DNA from: Candidatus Omnitrophota bacterium
GTDB lineage: Bacteria; Omnitrophota; Gorgyraeia; Gygaellales; Profunditerraquicolaceae
Direction of reading: 5' to 3'
Assembly: GCA_028716245.1 (NCBI GenBank)
Contig: JAQUQW010000002.1
Span: 154,514-218,513, forward strand
Length of the DNA stretch: 64,000 nucleotides
A model generated the notes under the pieces. It saw nothing but the letters and a program-made list of their open reading frames with translations, did not search any database and was not told where the DNA came from. The translations under genes and the position numbers were made by a program. Positions 39,220 to 47,431 of the stretch are shown piece after piece (within the stretch, counting starts at the first letter, position 1; each line of letters begins with the position of its first letter).

Positions 39220-39633
39220 ATGTTTAAGAAGAAAATTACGCTGAGAATGTTAGCGGTGCTTATTTTTGTAGATGTGCTGGAGACTTGTACCCACCTGTTT
39301 TTTAAGAAAAGCGCTTTACCTGAAAGCGCGCTGCGAATCGATAATTTGGCCGGAGCGTTAATTTTCCTGAAGGCTGTTTTTTCTTCGCCTTTCTTATGGT
39401 GCGGGCTGTTTATGGTTTTTCTGGTTTTTATCATCTGGTCAACTATCCTTTCTAAGATAGATTTAAGTGTGGCTGTAGCGGTATGCAGCTTTAGCTATAT
39501 ACTGGTCCCGATAGCCTCCATTATTTTTTTAAATGAAAAGATCGGTATTTTAAGGTGGTTGGGGATAGTCTTTATCCTTATCGGGATTATTTTTGTTGCC
39601 TTAAGCAGTAAAGAGAAGATAGGGGCCAGCTGA
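39220..39633 (+). CDS. 4-TM EamA/SMR-like half transporter (ArnE-like)
   Basis: 137 aa. Translationally coupled to a second 4-TM half (ATGA overlap at 39633). Confidence 0.45.
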   Translation: MFKKKITLRMLAVLIFVDVLETCTHLFFKKSALPESALRIDNLAGALIFLKAVFSSPFLWCGLFMVFLVFIIWSTILSKIDLSVAVAVCSFSYILVPIASIIFLNEKIGILRWLGIVFILIGIIFVALSSKEKIGAS

Positions 39634-40016
39634 TGAAGGCAAATTTATTTTTCATTCTTTCTTTAATTGCCTTAACCAGTATTTGCGATACCATCAGCCA
39701 GATTTTTTTAAAATCTACAATTAATTCATTGAGCTTTAATTTCTCCTGGCATTTAACCAGATTTGTTAGGTTCATCCGTAACATTATGCTCACCCCGCTG
39801 GTTTGGGTAGGCTTGTTTTTTAGTACAACCTCTTTGTGCATTTGGTTATTTGTCCTCTCCAAGGCGGATCTCAATTTCGCCTTTTCCGCCGACAGTATGC
39901 ATTATATCTTTATCGCCTTGGCCTCTAAGTTTATCTTAAAAGAAAAAGTCAGCTGGCAGCGCTGGCTGGGGATATTATCCATAATCATCGGGATAGTTTT
40001 TGTAAGCTTAAGTTAG
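39633..40016 (+). CDS. 4-TM EamA/SMR-like half transporter (ArnF-like)
   Basis: 127 aa. Partner of the preceding ORF. Confidence 0.45.
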   Translation: MKANLFFILSLIALTSICDTISQIFLKSTINSLSFNFSWHLTRFVRFIRNIMLTPLVWVGLFFSTTSLCIWLFVLSKADLNFAFSADSMHYIFIALASKFILKEKVSWQRWLGILSIIIGIVFVSLS

Positions 40017-40052
40017 GGCTTAGCACGACGTTAAGATTCAGAAGGCTAATCT

Positions 40053-41321
40053 ATGGATCCTAAAATAATATCATTATCAATTTTCGTCATTTCTTATGTG
40101 TTATTTATTGCCCTTCCCCAAAAGCGTAGCTTGGTTGCTTTAGGAGGAGGGTTTCTTTTGATTTTAACCCAAACCATATCGCCAAAAGAAGCATTTTCGG
40201 CGATCAATTGGAATGTTATGGGTATATTTGTAGGCACCCTGATTATTGCCGATGTTTTTATGCAAAGCCGGGTTCCTGCTTATATAGCAGAGGTGATTGT
40301 TGATAAAGCTAAGAACATTACTTGGGCAATCTTATTTATCTGCCTGTTGACCGGATTTATTTCGGCATTTGTCGAAAATGTGGCTACGGTATTAATTGTT
40401 GCTCCTATCGCTCTGGCTTTAGCCAAGAAGCTTAAAATAAACCCCGCTAAAATGATGATTGCCATTGCCGTCTCAAGCAATCTCCAAGGCGCGGCTACTT
40501 TGATCGGGGATCCGCCGAGTATGCTGCTGGGAGGTTTTGCCAGGATGAATTTCGGTGATTTCTTTATTTACAAAGGCAAGCCAAGTATTTTCTTTGCCGT
40601 AGAACTGGGGGCTTTGGTGTCTTTTTTTGTGCTTTATTTTATATTCAGGAGACATAGCGAAAAAACACAGCTTATTCCGGTTGAGAAAGTAAGGTCGTGG
40701 GTGCCGACGATTTTGTTGGTAAGTCTGGTTATTTTATTGGCGGCATCTTCATTCTTTGATAAGAGTTTTAGTTATTTAGCCGGCCAGATTTGCATGGTTT
40801 TTGGGATTATTGCTTTGGCCTGGGAGAAGTTCATCAATAAAGCTTCCATTAGGGCCGGCCTTAAAAAACTTGATTGGGACACCACGTTTTTTCTTATGGG
40901 TATTTTTGTCATTGTCGGCGGGATCACGCTTACCGGGTGGATCCAGGTCCTGGCCAATTATTTGGCCAGCCTTGTTGGTTCAAATATATTTCTGGGCTAT
41001 ACCGCAATCGTGTTTCTTTCGGTAATCCTTTCGGCTTTTATCGACAATGTCCCGTTCTTGGCGGCGATGCTGCCGGTGGCGATAATTATGTCTAATAAAT
41101 TGCAAATTAATCCTGCGTTGTTTCTTTTTGGTTTGCTTATCGGGGCTAGCTTAGGCGGCAATATTACGCCAATTGGGGCCTCGGCTAACATTGTCGCCTG
41201 CGGCTTGCTTAAAAAAGAAGGCTATCCGGTTAAATTCAGCGATTTTATGAAAATAGGAATTCCTTTTACCCTTACCGCAGTAACCGCCGCTTATTTATTG
41301 ATCTGGTTTATCTGGAGATAA
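40053..41321 (+). CDS. ArsB/NhaD-superfamily permease (paralog of 26187-27548)
   Basis: 422 aa, approximately 11-12 TM. Shares NLQGAATLIGDP-type motifs with the paralog. Confidence 0.6.
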   Translation: MDPKIISLSIFVISYVLFIALPQKRSLVALGGGFLLILTQTISPKEAFSAINWNVMGIFVGTLIIADVFMQSRVPAYIAEVIVDKAKNITWAILFICLLTGFISAFVENVATVLIVAPIALALAKKLKINPAKMMIAIAVSSNLQGAATLIGDPPSMLLGGFARMNFGDFFIYKGKPSIFFAVELGALVSFFVLYFIFRRHSEKTQLIPVEKVRSWVPTILLVSLVILLAASSFFDKSFSYLAGQICMVFGIIALAWEKFINKASIRAGLKKLDWDTTFFLMGIFVIVGGITLTGWIQVLANYLASLVGSNIFLGYTAIVFLSVILSAFIDNVPFLAAMLPVAIIMSNKLQINPALFLFGLLIGASLGGNITPIGASANIVACGLLKKEGYPVKFSDFMKIGIPFTLTAVTAAYLLIWFIWR

Positions 41322-41328
41322 TTTTTTC

Positions 41329-41357
41329 TTGACAAATGATACTAATGTGGTATCATT
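41329..41357 (+). promoter_or_regulatory. Sigma70-like promoter TTGACA-N16-TATCAT containing a 7-7 inverted repeat between the hexamers
   Basis: ATGATAC-N7-GTATCAT at 41336-41356. The predicted TSS lands near the first base of leader element copy E. Confidence 0.5.
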
Positions 41358-41367
41358 AATTATAGTA

Positions 41368-41418
41368 ACACCCCGCGCTTATAAGGTATTGCGCGGGTGT
41401 GCCTTACTGGCAAGGAGG
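41368..41418 (+). repeat. Conserved 5-prime leader element, copy E
   Basis: ACACCCCGCGCTTATAAGGTATTGCGCGGGTGTGCCTTACTGGCAAGGAGG, followed by the ATG at 41428 of a short ORF. Confidence 0.8.
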
Positions 41419-41553
41419 TGATCAGGTATGGATATAACGGTTAAGTATATGCTTAGGCCGGTAGCGCATTGTAAAGAGGGTTGCAGTAGATTGTCCCGGG
41501 CAAGACGATAAACTGCCCAATGCGTTTTTATAAAATATCATAGGGGTATATTT

Positions 41554-41946
41554 ATGAAACTGATTACCAGAGATACCGATTATGCTTTGCGGGCGCTTTG
41601 TTATATGTCAAAGCAGCAGGATGTTGTAGCGGTAGATGAGTTAGTTAAAAAGCTTGGCGTGCCGCGGCCGTTTATGCGCAAGATTCTTCAACAGTTAAAT
41701 AAAGAAAGGATCTTGGAATCTTATAAAGGACAAGGGGGAGGTTTTAAGCTTAAAGTTCCCCCTGCCAAAATTTTTATAATTAAGATAATGCGTATTTTTC
41801 AGGGACAAGTTGGCCTAAACGGGTGTTTTCTGAAAAAAGATATCTGCCCGGATAAAGGTAAATGTGTTTTAAGAAAAAAAATACACGCGATTGAAGATGA
41901 CCTGGTTGACCGGCTTAAACAGATCAATGTCGCTTCTTTAATTTAA
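41554..41946 (+). CDS. Rrf2-family transcriptional regulator (NsrR/IscR-like) with C-terminal Cys ligands
   Basis: TDYALRALCYMS wHTH, three Cys (C..C....C) near the C-terminus. Lies upstream of hcp. Confidence 0.8.
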   Translation: MKLITRDTDYALRALCYMSKQQDVVAVDELVKKLGVPRPFMRKILQQLNKERILESYKGQGGGFKLKVPPAKIFIIKIMRIFQGQVGLNGCFLKKDICPDKGKCVLRKKIHAIEDDLVDRLKQINVASLI

Positions 41947-41957
41947 AGGGTAATTAT

Positions 41958-42167
41958 ATGGCTAGAAGGAAGATCATTAGTATTGATGAAAAGAAATGTA
42001 ATGGGTGTGGCCTGTGTATTCATAATTGTCTTGAGGGGGTAATCCAGATCATTGATAATAAAGCCCGGATAATTAGCGATTTATCTTGCGATGGTTTGGG
42101 TGCTTGTCTTGGGCATTGTCCGCAGGGAGCAATCAGTATAGAGGAGAGAAAACCTGATGTTTCATAA
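41958..42167 (+). CDS. 2x[4Fe-4S] ferredoxin
   Basis: CNGCGLCIHNC and CDGLGACLGHC cluster motifs in 69 aa. Confidence 0.8.
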   Translation: MARRKIISIDEKKCNGCGLCIHNCLEGVIQIIDNKARIISDLSCDGLGACLGHCPQGAISIEERKPDVS

Positions 42168-42354
42168 GTGTCCGGGTCAGGATAAGCGCCTTGCCAAAGC
42201 AGAAAACATAACTTGTTCTAATTGCGGGTAGGCAGCGGAGATTCTTTCCGATGAGCTTAAAGTGCGCTGCCCGCAGTGTAGAGATTTAATCTGCAAGGAG
42301 AGATTGCCTTCCTGCGTGGATTGGTGCAGGGCAGCTAAAAAGTGTATTGGATAG
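42157..42354 (+). CDS. Cys-rich zinc-ribbon-like small ORF interrupted by an in-frame UAG (42229-42231)
   Basis: MFHKCPGQDKRLAKAENITCSNCG-TAG-AAEILSDELKVRCPQCRDLICKERLPSCVDWCRAAKKCIG. CxxC knuckles lie on both sides of the stop in one frame. Confidence 0.35.
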
Positions 42355-42364
42355 GAGGTGCTCA

Positions 42365-43660
42365 ATGTTTTGTTATCAATGCGAACAGACGGCCGGCGGT
42401 ACAGGCTGCACAAAGTTGGGGGTCTGCGGCAAAAATGAGGATATCCAGAGCCTGCAGGATATGCTTTTATTCGGTTTAAAAGGTATTGCTGCTTATGCTT
42501 ATCACGCGCGGCAATTAGGCGCCCGCGATGAAGAAGTGGATGCTTTTATGCACGGAGGGCTTTTTAAAACCGTAACCAATGTTAGTTTTGACCTGAATCA
42601 GTATCTGGAATTGGTTTTAAAATGCGGAGCGATGAATTATAAAACTATGGAGATGCTGGATAAGGCGCATACGCAAAAGTTCGGCAATCCGGTTCCTACC
42701 GCGGTAGAAACCGGCATCAAAGCCGGGCCGGCAATTTTAGTCACCGGGCATGATTTATTGGATCTTTATGAATTGCTTAAACAGTCTGAAGGGGCCGGAG
42801 TAAATATTTATACGCACAGTGAAATGCTACCCGCGCACGGTTATCCGCAGCTTAAGAAGTTTAAGCATCTGGCGGGCAACTATGGCGGGGCCTGGCAGGA
42901 GCAGAAAAAAGAATTCAATGCCTTTAGCGGGGCAATACTGGCAACGACCAACTGTGTATTAATTCCGCCGGAAAATTCCTATCTGGACAGGTTATTTACG
43001 ATAGGCATAACCGGCGTAGCGGGAGCAATACATTTGAAATCCCGGGACTTTAAATCTTTAATTGCAAAAGCTAAATCCCTGCCGCCTTTACCGGAGGCTC
43101 CCGGTAAGAAGATCTGGACAGGTTTTCACCATACGGCAATTTTAGGATTAGCGGATAAAATCGTCAGCTTAGTTAAAGCCGGCAAGATTAAGCATTTTTT
43201 CTTAATCGGCGGTTGTGACGGCGCAAAACCCGGGCGTAATTATTACACCGAGTTTGCGGAAAGAGTGCCCAAGGATTGTGTAATCCTTACGCTTGCCTGC
43301 GGTAAATACCGGTTTAACAAACTTGAATTCGGGGATATCGAAGGGATGCCCAGATTAATTGACATTGGCCAGTGCAATAATGCTTACTCCGCGATTCAGG
43401 TAGCCGTGGCTTTAGCCGATGCTTTTGGCTGTAGTGTAAATGACCTGCCTCTGACCCTGGTGTTATCTTGGTTTGAGCAAAAAGCAGTTGCTATCCTGCT
43501 TACTTTGTTGTACCTTAATATTAAGGGCATCTATATCGGGCCAACCCCGCCTGCCTTTATAAGTAAAAATGTTTTTAAGCTTTTACAGGAGAAATTTGAC
43601 TTAAGGCTGATCTCTACGCCGGATGAAGACTTAAAGCAAATATTAAAGAAATTAAAATAG
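42365..43660 (+). CDS. hcp: Hybrid cluster protein / hydroxylamine reductase, short class
   Basis: MFCYQCEQTAGGTGCTKLGVCGK N-terminal cubane motif, HDLLDLYELL, CGKYRFNKLEFGDIEGMPRLIDIGQCNNAYSA hybrid-cluster ligands. Approximately 110 aa shorter than E. coli Hcp. Confidence 0.9.
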   Translation: MFCYQCEQTAGGTGCTKLGVCGKNEDIQSLQDMLLFGLKGIAAYAYHARQLGARDEEVDAFMHGGLFKTVTNVSFDLNQYLELVLKCGAMNYKTMEMLDKAHTQKFGNPVPTAVETGIKAGPAILVTGHDLLDLYELLKQSEGAGVNIYTHSEMLPAHGYPQLKKFKHLAGNYGGAWQEQKKEFNAFSGAILATTNCVLIPPENSYLDRLFTIGITGVAGAIHLKSRDFKSLIAKAKSLPPLPEAPGKKIWTGFHHTAILGLADKIVSLVKAGKIKHFFLIGGCDGAKPGRNYYTEFAERVPKDCVILTLACGKYRFNKLEFGDIEGMPRLIDIGQCNNAYSAIQVAVALADAFGCSVNDLPLTLVLSWFEQKAVAILLTLLYLNIKGIYIGPTPPAFISKNVFKLLQEKFDLRLISTPDEDLKQILKKLK

Positions 43661-43668
43661 GATAACAA

Positions 43669-43720
43669 TACCCCGCGCTTACAAGGAATTGCGCGGGTAT
43701 GCCCTTGTGGGCAAAGGAGG
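43669..43720 (+). repeat. Conserved 5-prime leader element, copy F
   Basis: TACCCCGCGCTTACAAGGAATTGCGCGGGTATGCCCTTGTGGGCAAAGGAGG, 5 nt before the ATG at 43726. Confidence 0.8.
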
Positions 43721-43725
43721 CAAAG

Positions 43726-44067
43726 ATGTGCATGGTAAGATTATCGCATTTGCTGGCCATTGTACCGATTTCAATTTTATTGACCATAAGTTTTTTTGTT
43801 CTTTTTGTGATGCGCAAGGTTGAAGATAAAGCTCTTAAAACCTTTGGTTATGTGGTAGTCAGCTTTCTTTGGCTGGCGGCACTAGTTGTGTTTTCAGGCG
43901 CGGTTTATAAGACGGCTAAAGGCGCCATGGCAATGAAATGCATGATGCATAAAGACAGTATGCCGGCTATGTCCATGCCTGAGAAAGGACAGCTTCCTAA
44001 GGATGATAAAAAGCCCGCTGTTCCCAGATGCGGCGCGAACAAAGGGATTATTTTTAAAGCCCAATAG
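43726..44067 (+). CDS. Membrane protein with a Met-rich C-terminal tail
   Basis: Two TM helices, then [21 protein letters not shown], an MxxM-rich possible metal-binding segment. Confidence 0.4.
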   Translation: MCMVRLSHLLAIVPISILLTISFFVLFVMRKVEDKALKTFGYVVVSFLWLAALVVFSGAVYKTAKGAMAMKCMMHKDSMPAMSMPEKGQLPKDDKKPAVPRCGANKGIIFKAQ

Positions 44068-44099
44068 CTGGTTTGGCGGACCATGTTCGGGAGGAAAAA

Positions 44100-44261
44100 A
44101 TGAGCAAATACCGATGTTTAGTTTGCGGCTATATTTATAATCCTGCCGCAGGAGACCCGGATAATGGGGTTGCCCCCGGCACAAGTTTTGAAGATTTGCC
44201 GGATACCTGGGTTTGCCCTGAATGCGGCGTGGGTAAAGATCAGTTTGAGAAAATAGCTTAA
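44100..44261 (+). CDS. Rubredoxin
   Basis: CLVCGYIY...CPECG, two CxxCG knuckles. 53 aa counted from MSKYRC. Confidence 0.9.
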   Translation: MSKYRCLVCGYIYNPAAGDPDNGVAPGTSFEDLPDTWVCPECGVGKDQFEKIA

Positions 44262-44273
44262 GGAAAAAATAAT

Positions 44274-44801
44274 ATGGCCAGGTTGATTACTTTTAAAGGG
44301 GCGCCTTTGGCCTTAACCGGCAGACCGGTTAAGGTAGGTAAGCGCGCTTTTGATTTTAAATTAATTTCTCAGGATTTAAAAGTTGTCAGGTTATCGGATT
44401 TTAGCGGAAAAATCAAAGTAGTCAATTTTTTCCCTTCTTTGGACACTCCGGTCTGCGATTTACAGGTAAAAGAGTTTAATAAAAAGGCTGCCGGGATTTC
44501 CGGCGATATCGTCGTCATCGGGGTAAGCAAGGATTTGCCTTTTGCCCAAGCCCGATTTTGCTCGGTAAATGAAATAAAAAATGAAGTTGTGCTTTCGGAT
44601 TACCGCTTTTCCTCCTTTGGTTTAAATTATGGATTCCTGGTGAAAGAGTTGAATCTTCTGGCCAGAGGCTCGCTGATTATCGATAAAAGCGACCGCATCA
44701 GGTATATCCAGCTTGTTAATGAGTTGACCCATCCGGTTAATTTTGACGAGGTTTTTAGTAAGCTGCAGGAAGTAGTTAATCTGTACCGCCGCAGCGAATA
44801 A
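44274..44801 (+). CDS. tpx: Thiol peroxidase (atypical 2-Cys peroxiredoxin Tpx)
   Basis: FPSLDTPVCDLQ peroxidatic Cys context. Resolving Cys in FAQARFCSV. Confidence 0.85.
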   Translation: MARLITFKGAPLALTGRPVKVGKRAFDFKLISQDLKVVRLSDFSGKIKVVNFFPSLDTPVCDLQVKEFNKKAAGISGDIVVIGVSKDLPFAQARFCSVNEIKNEVVLSDYRFSSFGLNYGFLVKELNLLARGSLIIDKSDRIRYIQLVNELTHPVNFDEVFSKLQEVVNLYRRSE

Positions 44802-44803
44802 GA

Positions 44804-45508
44804 ATGCCCGTAAAGATCAAAACCAAGATAAAAGAAATTATCCAGCGTAACTATAACGTCAAGAGTTTCCGCCTGGAGGCTCCCGGCGCGTTGGATTTTA
44901 AAGCCGGGCAATTCCTGTCGGTTGAGCTTGAAAATAATCCAAAATTAAAAAGATACCTTTCTATTTCCAGCTCCCCGACTGAAAAATGCCATTTGGAATT
45001 TACCAAAAAGCTGACCCAGAGTGATTTTTCCAAGGCGCTGAATAATCTCAAAGCCGGCGATCAAGTCGCAATCGAGTATCCTTTCGGGAAATTTATTCTG
45101 GATGAATCTTTGGCCAAGGTTGCTTTTTTATCCGGAGGCATAGGAATTACCCCTGTCCGCAGTATTTGTAAATACGCGGTTGATAAAAATTTAGGCATCG
45201 ATATGGTGCTGGTCTATTCTAACCGGTCGGTGCGGGACATAGTTTTCAAGGATGATTTTGACGCTATGGCCAAGAGTTATCCCGCTTTGAGAATCGCGCA
45301 TGTCCTCTGCGAGACTGAAGCCGGCTTTAAATGCACTGTCGGTTTGATTAACAGCAGTGTAATCAGGAATGAAATTCCGGATTACCGGGGAAGAAAGTTT
45401 TATCTTTGCGGTCCGCCGCAGATGGTTGAGGCGATGCGTAAGATACTGGTTGAAGAGTTAGGCTTAAATAGCGGCAAGATTATTATCGAAAATTTTCAGG
45501 GCTATTAG
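44804..45508 (+). CDS. FNR-like FAD/NAD(P)-binding oxidoreductase (putative NAD(P)H:rubredoxin reductase partner)
   Basis: RYLSISSSP (RxYS FAD motif), GGIGITP NAD(P) motif, and a CGPPQM-like C-terminus. Confidence 0.65.
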   Translation: MPVKIKTKIKEIIQRNYNVKSFRLEAPGALDFKAGQFLSVELENNPKLKRYLSISSSPTEKCHLEFTKKLTQSDFSKALNNLKAGDQVAIEYPFGKFILDESLAKVAFLSGGIGITPVRSICKYAVDKNLGIDMVLVYSNRSVRDIVFKDDFDAMAKSYPALRIAHVLCETEAGFKCTVGLINSSVIRNEIPDYRGRKFYLCGPPQMVEAMRKILVEELGLNSGKIIIENFQGY

Positions 45509-45521
45509 GAAGGAGGGAAAA

Positions 45522-46709
45522 ATGGCTGCGCTAAAAATATTACCGGGTATATATTCGGTGGGAGTAGTTGATTGGAATGTGCGTAATTTCCACGGGCATA
45601 CTTATACTACCAGAAGAGGCTCAACTTACAATGCCTACCTGATTATCGATGAGAAAATCGCCCTTATTGATACTGTTTATACCCCCTTTTCCGAAGAACT
45701 AATCAATAATATTAAAGAGGTTATCCCCCTGGAAAAGATCGATTATATTATCGCTAATCATGTTGAGGTCGACCACTCCGGAGCCCTGCCGGCCATCATG
45801 CCGCTTTGCCCCAAAGCCAAGATTTTCGGTACCGCCAAATGCAAGGAAGGGCTTTACCGGCATTATTACCAAAACTGGAATTTTCAAACCGTAAAAACCG
45901 GGGATAAATTAGAATTAGGCAAGCGTACTCTTAATTTTATTGAGGCGCCGATGATCCATTGGCCGGACAGCATGTTTACTTATTGCCCGCTTGATTCTCT
46001 GCTGATGCCTAATGACGCCTTTGGCCAGCATTTCGCCACCGCCGAGCGGTTTGACGACCAGGTTGATCAATGCGCGTTAATGGAGGAGGCAGAGGAATAT
46101 TATGCCAATATCCTTTGGCCGCTTAGCTCCGTAATTTCAAGAAAAATCCAGGAAATCCAGAAATTAAATCTACCGATTAAAATGATTGCTCCCAGCCACG
46201 GGATTATCTGGCGCAAGGATCCGGCTAAGATAATCAATGCCTACCGCTCTTGGAGCGCAGGCGATACCAAAAATAAAGCGGTGATTGTTTATGAGACGAT
46301 GTGGGGGGCAACTGATAAGATGGCTAAACAAATAGCCCAAGGCATAGCCAGCCAAGGGATAGAAGTCAAGCTTTATAATATCGCGGAAACCGACCGTACC
46401 GAGGTAATTACGCAGATGTTATCGGCCAAAGGTTTTCTTTTTGGTTCTTCTACCCATGACAATGATATGCTGCCGAATATTGCCGCGTTCCTTGAAATAG
46501 TTAAAGGCTTAAAACCCAAAGGCCGGCAGGTTAGTTTTTTTGGTTCTTATGGCTGGGCTGGCGGGGCAGTCGGCGAGATGCGGGAGTTGCTTAAAGATAG
46601 CGGCGCCGATTTTACTATCCCCGGCATAGCTTTTAAATATATTCCCGATCAAACTGAATTAGGGGGCTGTTTTGAATTTGGCAGTAAATTCGCCCAACTC
46701 TTGAAATGA
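45522..46709 (+). CDS. Flavodiiron protein (rubredoxin:oxygen/NO oxidoreductase, class A)
   Basis: Metallo-beta-lactamase-like diiron site HVEVDHSG plus a C-terminal flavodoxin domain. Confidence 0.85.
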   Translation: MAALKILPGIYSVGVVDWNVRNFHGHTYTTRRGSTYNAYLIIDEKIALIDTVYTPFSEELINNIKEVIPLEKIDYIIANHVEVDHSGALPAIMPLCPKAKIFGTAKCKEGLYRHYYQNWNFQTVKTGDKLELGKRTLNFIEAPMIHWPDSMFTYCPLDSLLMPNDAFGQHFATAERFDDQVDQCALMEEAEEYYANILWPLSSVISRKIQEIQKLNLPIKMIAPSHGIIWRKDPAKIINAYRSWSAGDTKNKAVIVYETMWGATDKMAKQIAQGIASQGIEVKLYNIAETDRTEVITQMLSAKGFLFGSSTHDNDMLPNIAAFLEIVKGLKPKGRQVSFFGSYGWAGGAVGEMRELLKDSGADFTIPGIAFKYIPDQTELGGCFEFGSKFAQLLK

Positions 46710-47176
46710 TAAAGATTCCCGCCGGGGTCATCGATTTTTTACGCGCCCAAAGTTTTGTGGTAATTTCGTCCGTAGACAAAGCCGGTTTTCCGCATAGTTC
46801 ATGCAAGGCGATAATCAAGATTGATCAAGCCGGCAAGATTTTTTTAATGGATGTTTACCATGGCGCAACCTGTGAAAATATAAAACGTAATCCGCAAATA
46901 AGTATTAGCGCGGTGGATGACCATAAGTTTATGGGGTATTGCCTTAAAGGCAAGGGGGAAATTATCTTTGATGACAATGTTAGCCAGGAGATGATCAAAA
47001 TCTGGGAGGACAATATCACGTCGCGCCTGGCAAAAAGACTGTTGCGTAACTTATCCGGAGACCGGGGCCACGGCCACCATCCTGAGGCCAGCCTGCCGCA
47101 TCCCAAACATATTATCGCAATCGAAGTGGAAGAGATAGTCGATCTTGCTCCGTATCATTTAAGGAAGGAGGAATAA
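46706..47176 (+). CDS. Pyridoxamine 5-phosphate oxidase-like FMN-binding split-barrel protein
   Basis: 156 aa, PNPOx-fold pattern. Confidence 0.5.
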   Translation: MIKIPAGVIDFLRAQSFVVISSVDKAGFPHSSCKAIIKIDQAGKIFLMDVYHGATCENIKRNPQISISAVDDHKFMGYCLKGKGEIIFDDNVSQEMIKIWEDNITSRLAKRLLRNLSGDRGHGHHPEASLPHPKHIIAIEVEEIVDLAPYHLRKEE

Positions 47177-47177
47177 T

Positions 47178-47414
47178 ATGGCTAAGAGCGTAATCGTTTA
47201 CAGTACTCCGAGTTGCCCTTGGTGCATCCGGGTCAAGCAGTTTTTAAAAGAGAACAACATATTATTTCTGGATTGGGATGTTTCCGTGGACCAGCTTGCG
47301 GCGGACGAAATGATTAAGAAGAGCGGGCAGATGGGGGTGCCGGTGCTGGATATCGACGGTCAGATTATCGTAGGGTTTGACAAAGAGAAAATTAAATCAG
47401 CTTTAGGAGTATAA
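47178..47414 (+). CDS. Glutaredoxin-like protein (CPWC active site)
   Basis: VIVYSTPSCPWCIRVKQFL...GVPVLDIDGQ thioredoxin-fold signature. Confidence 0.85.
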   Translation: MAKSVIVYSTPSCPWCIRVKQFLKENNILFLDWDVSVDQLAADEMIKKSGQMGVPVLDIDGQIIVGFDKEKIKSALGV

Positions 47415-47431
47415 GTTATATTTTGTACTCA

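Noticed and set aside
41427-41510. 27-codon ORF MDITVKYMLRPVAHCKEGCSRLSRARR after leader copy E as a real gene
   Set aside because: It has a plausible SD and start, but it is too short and uncharacteristic to call. It is mentioned only as the ORF that follows the leader.
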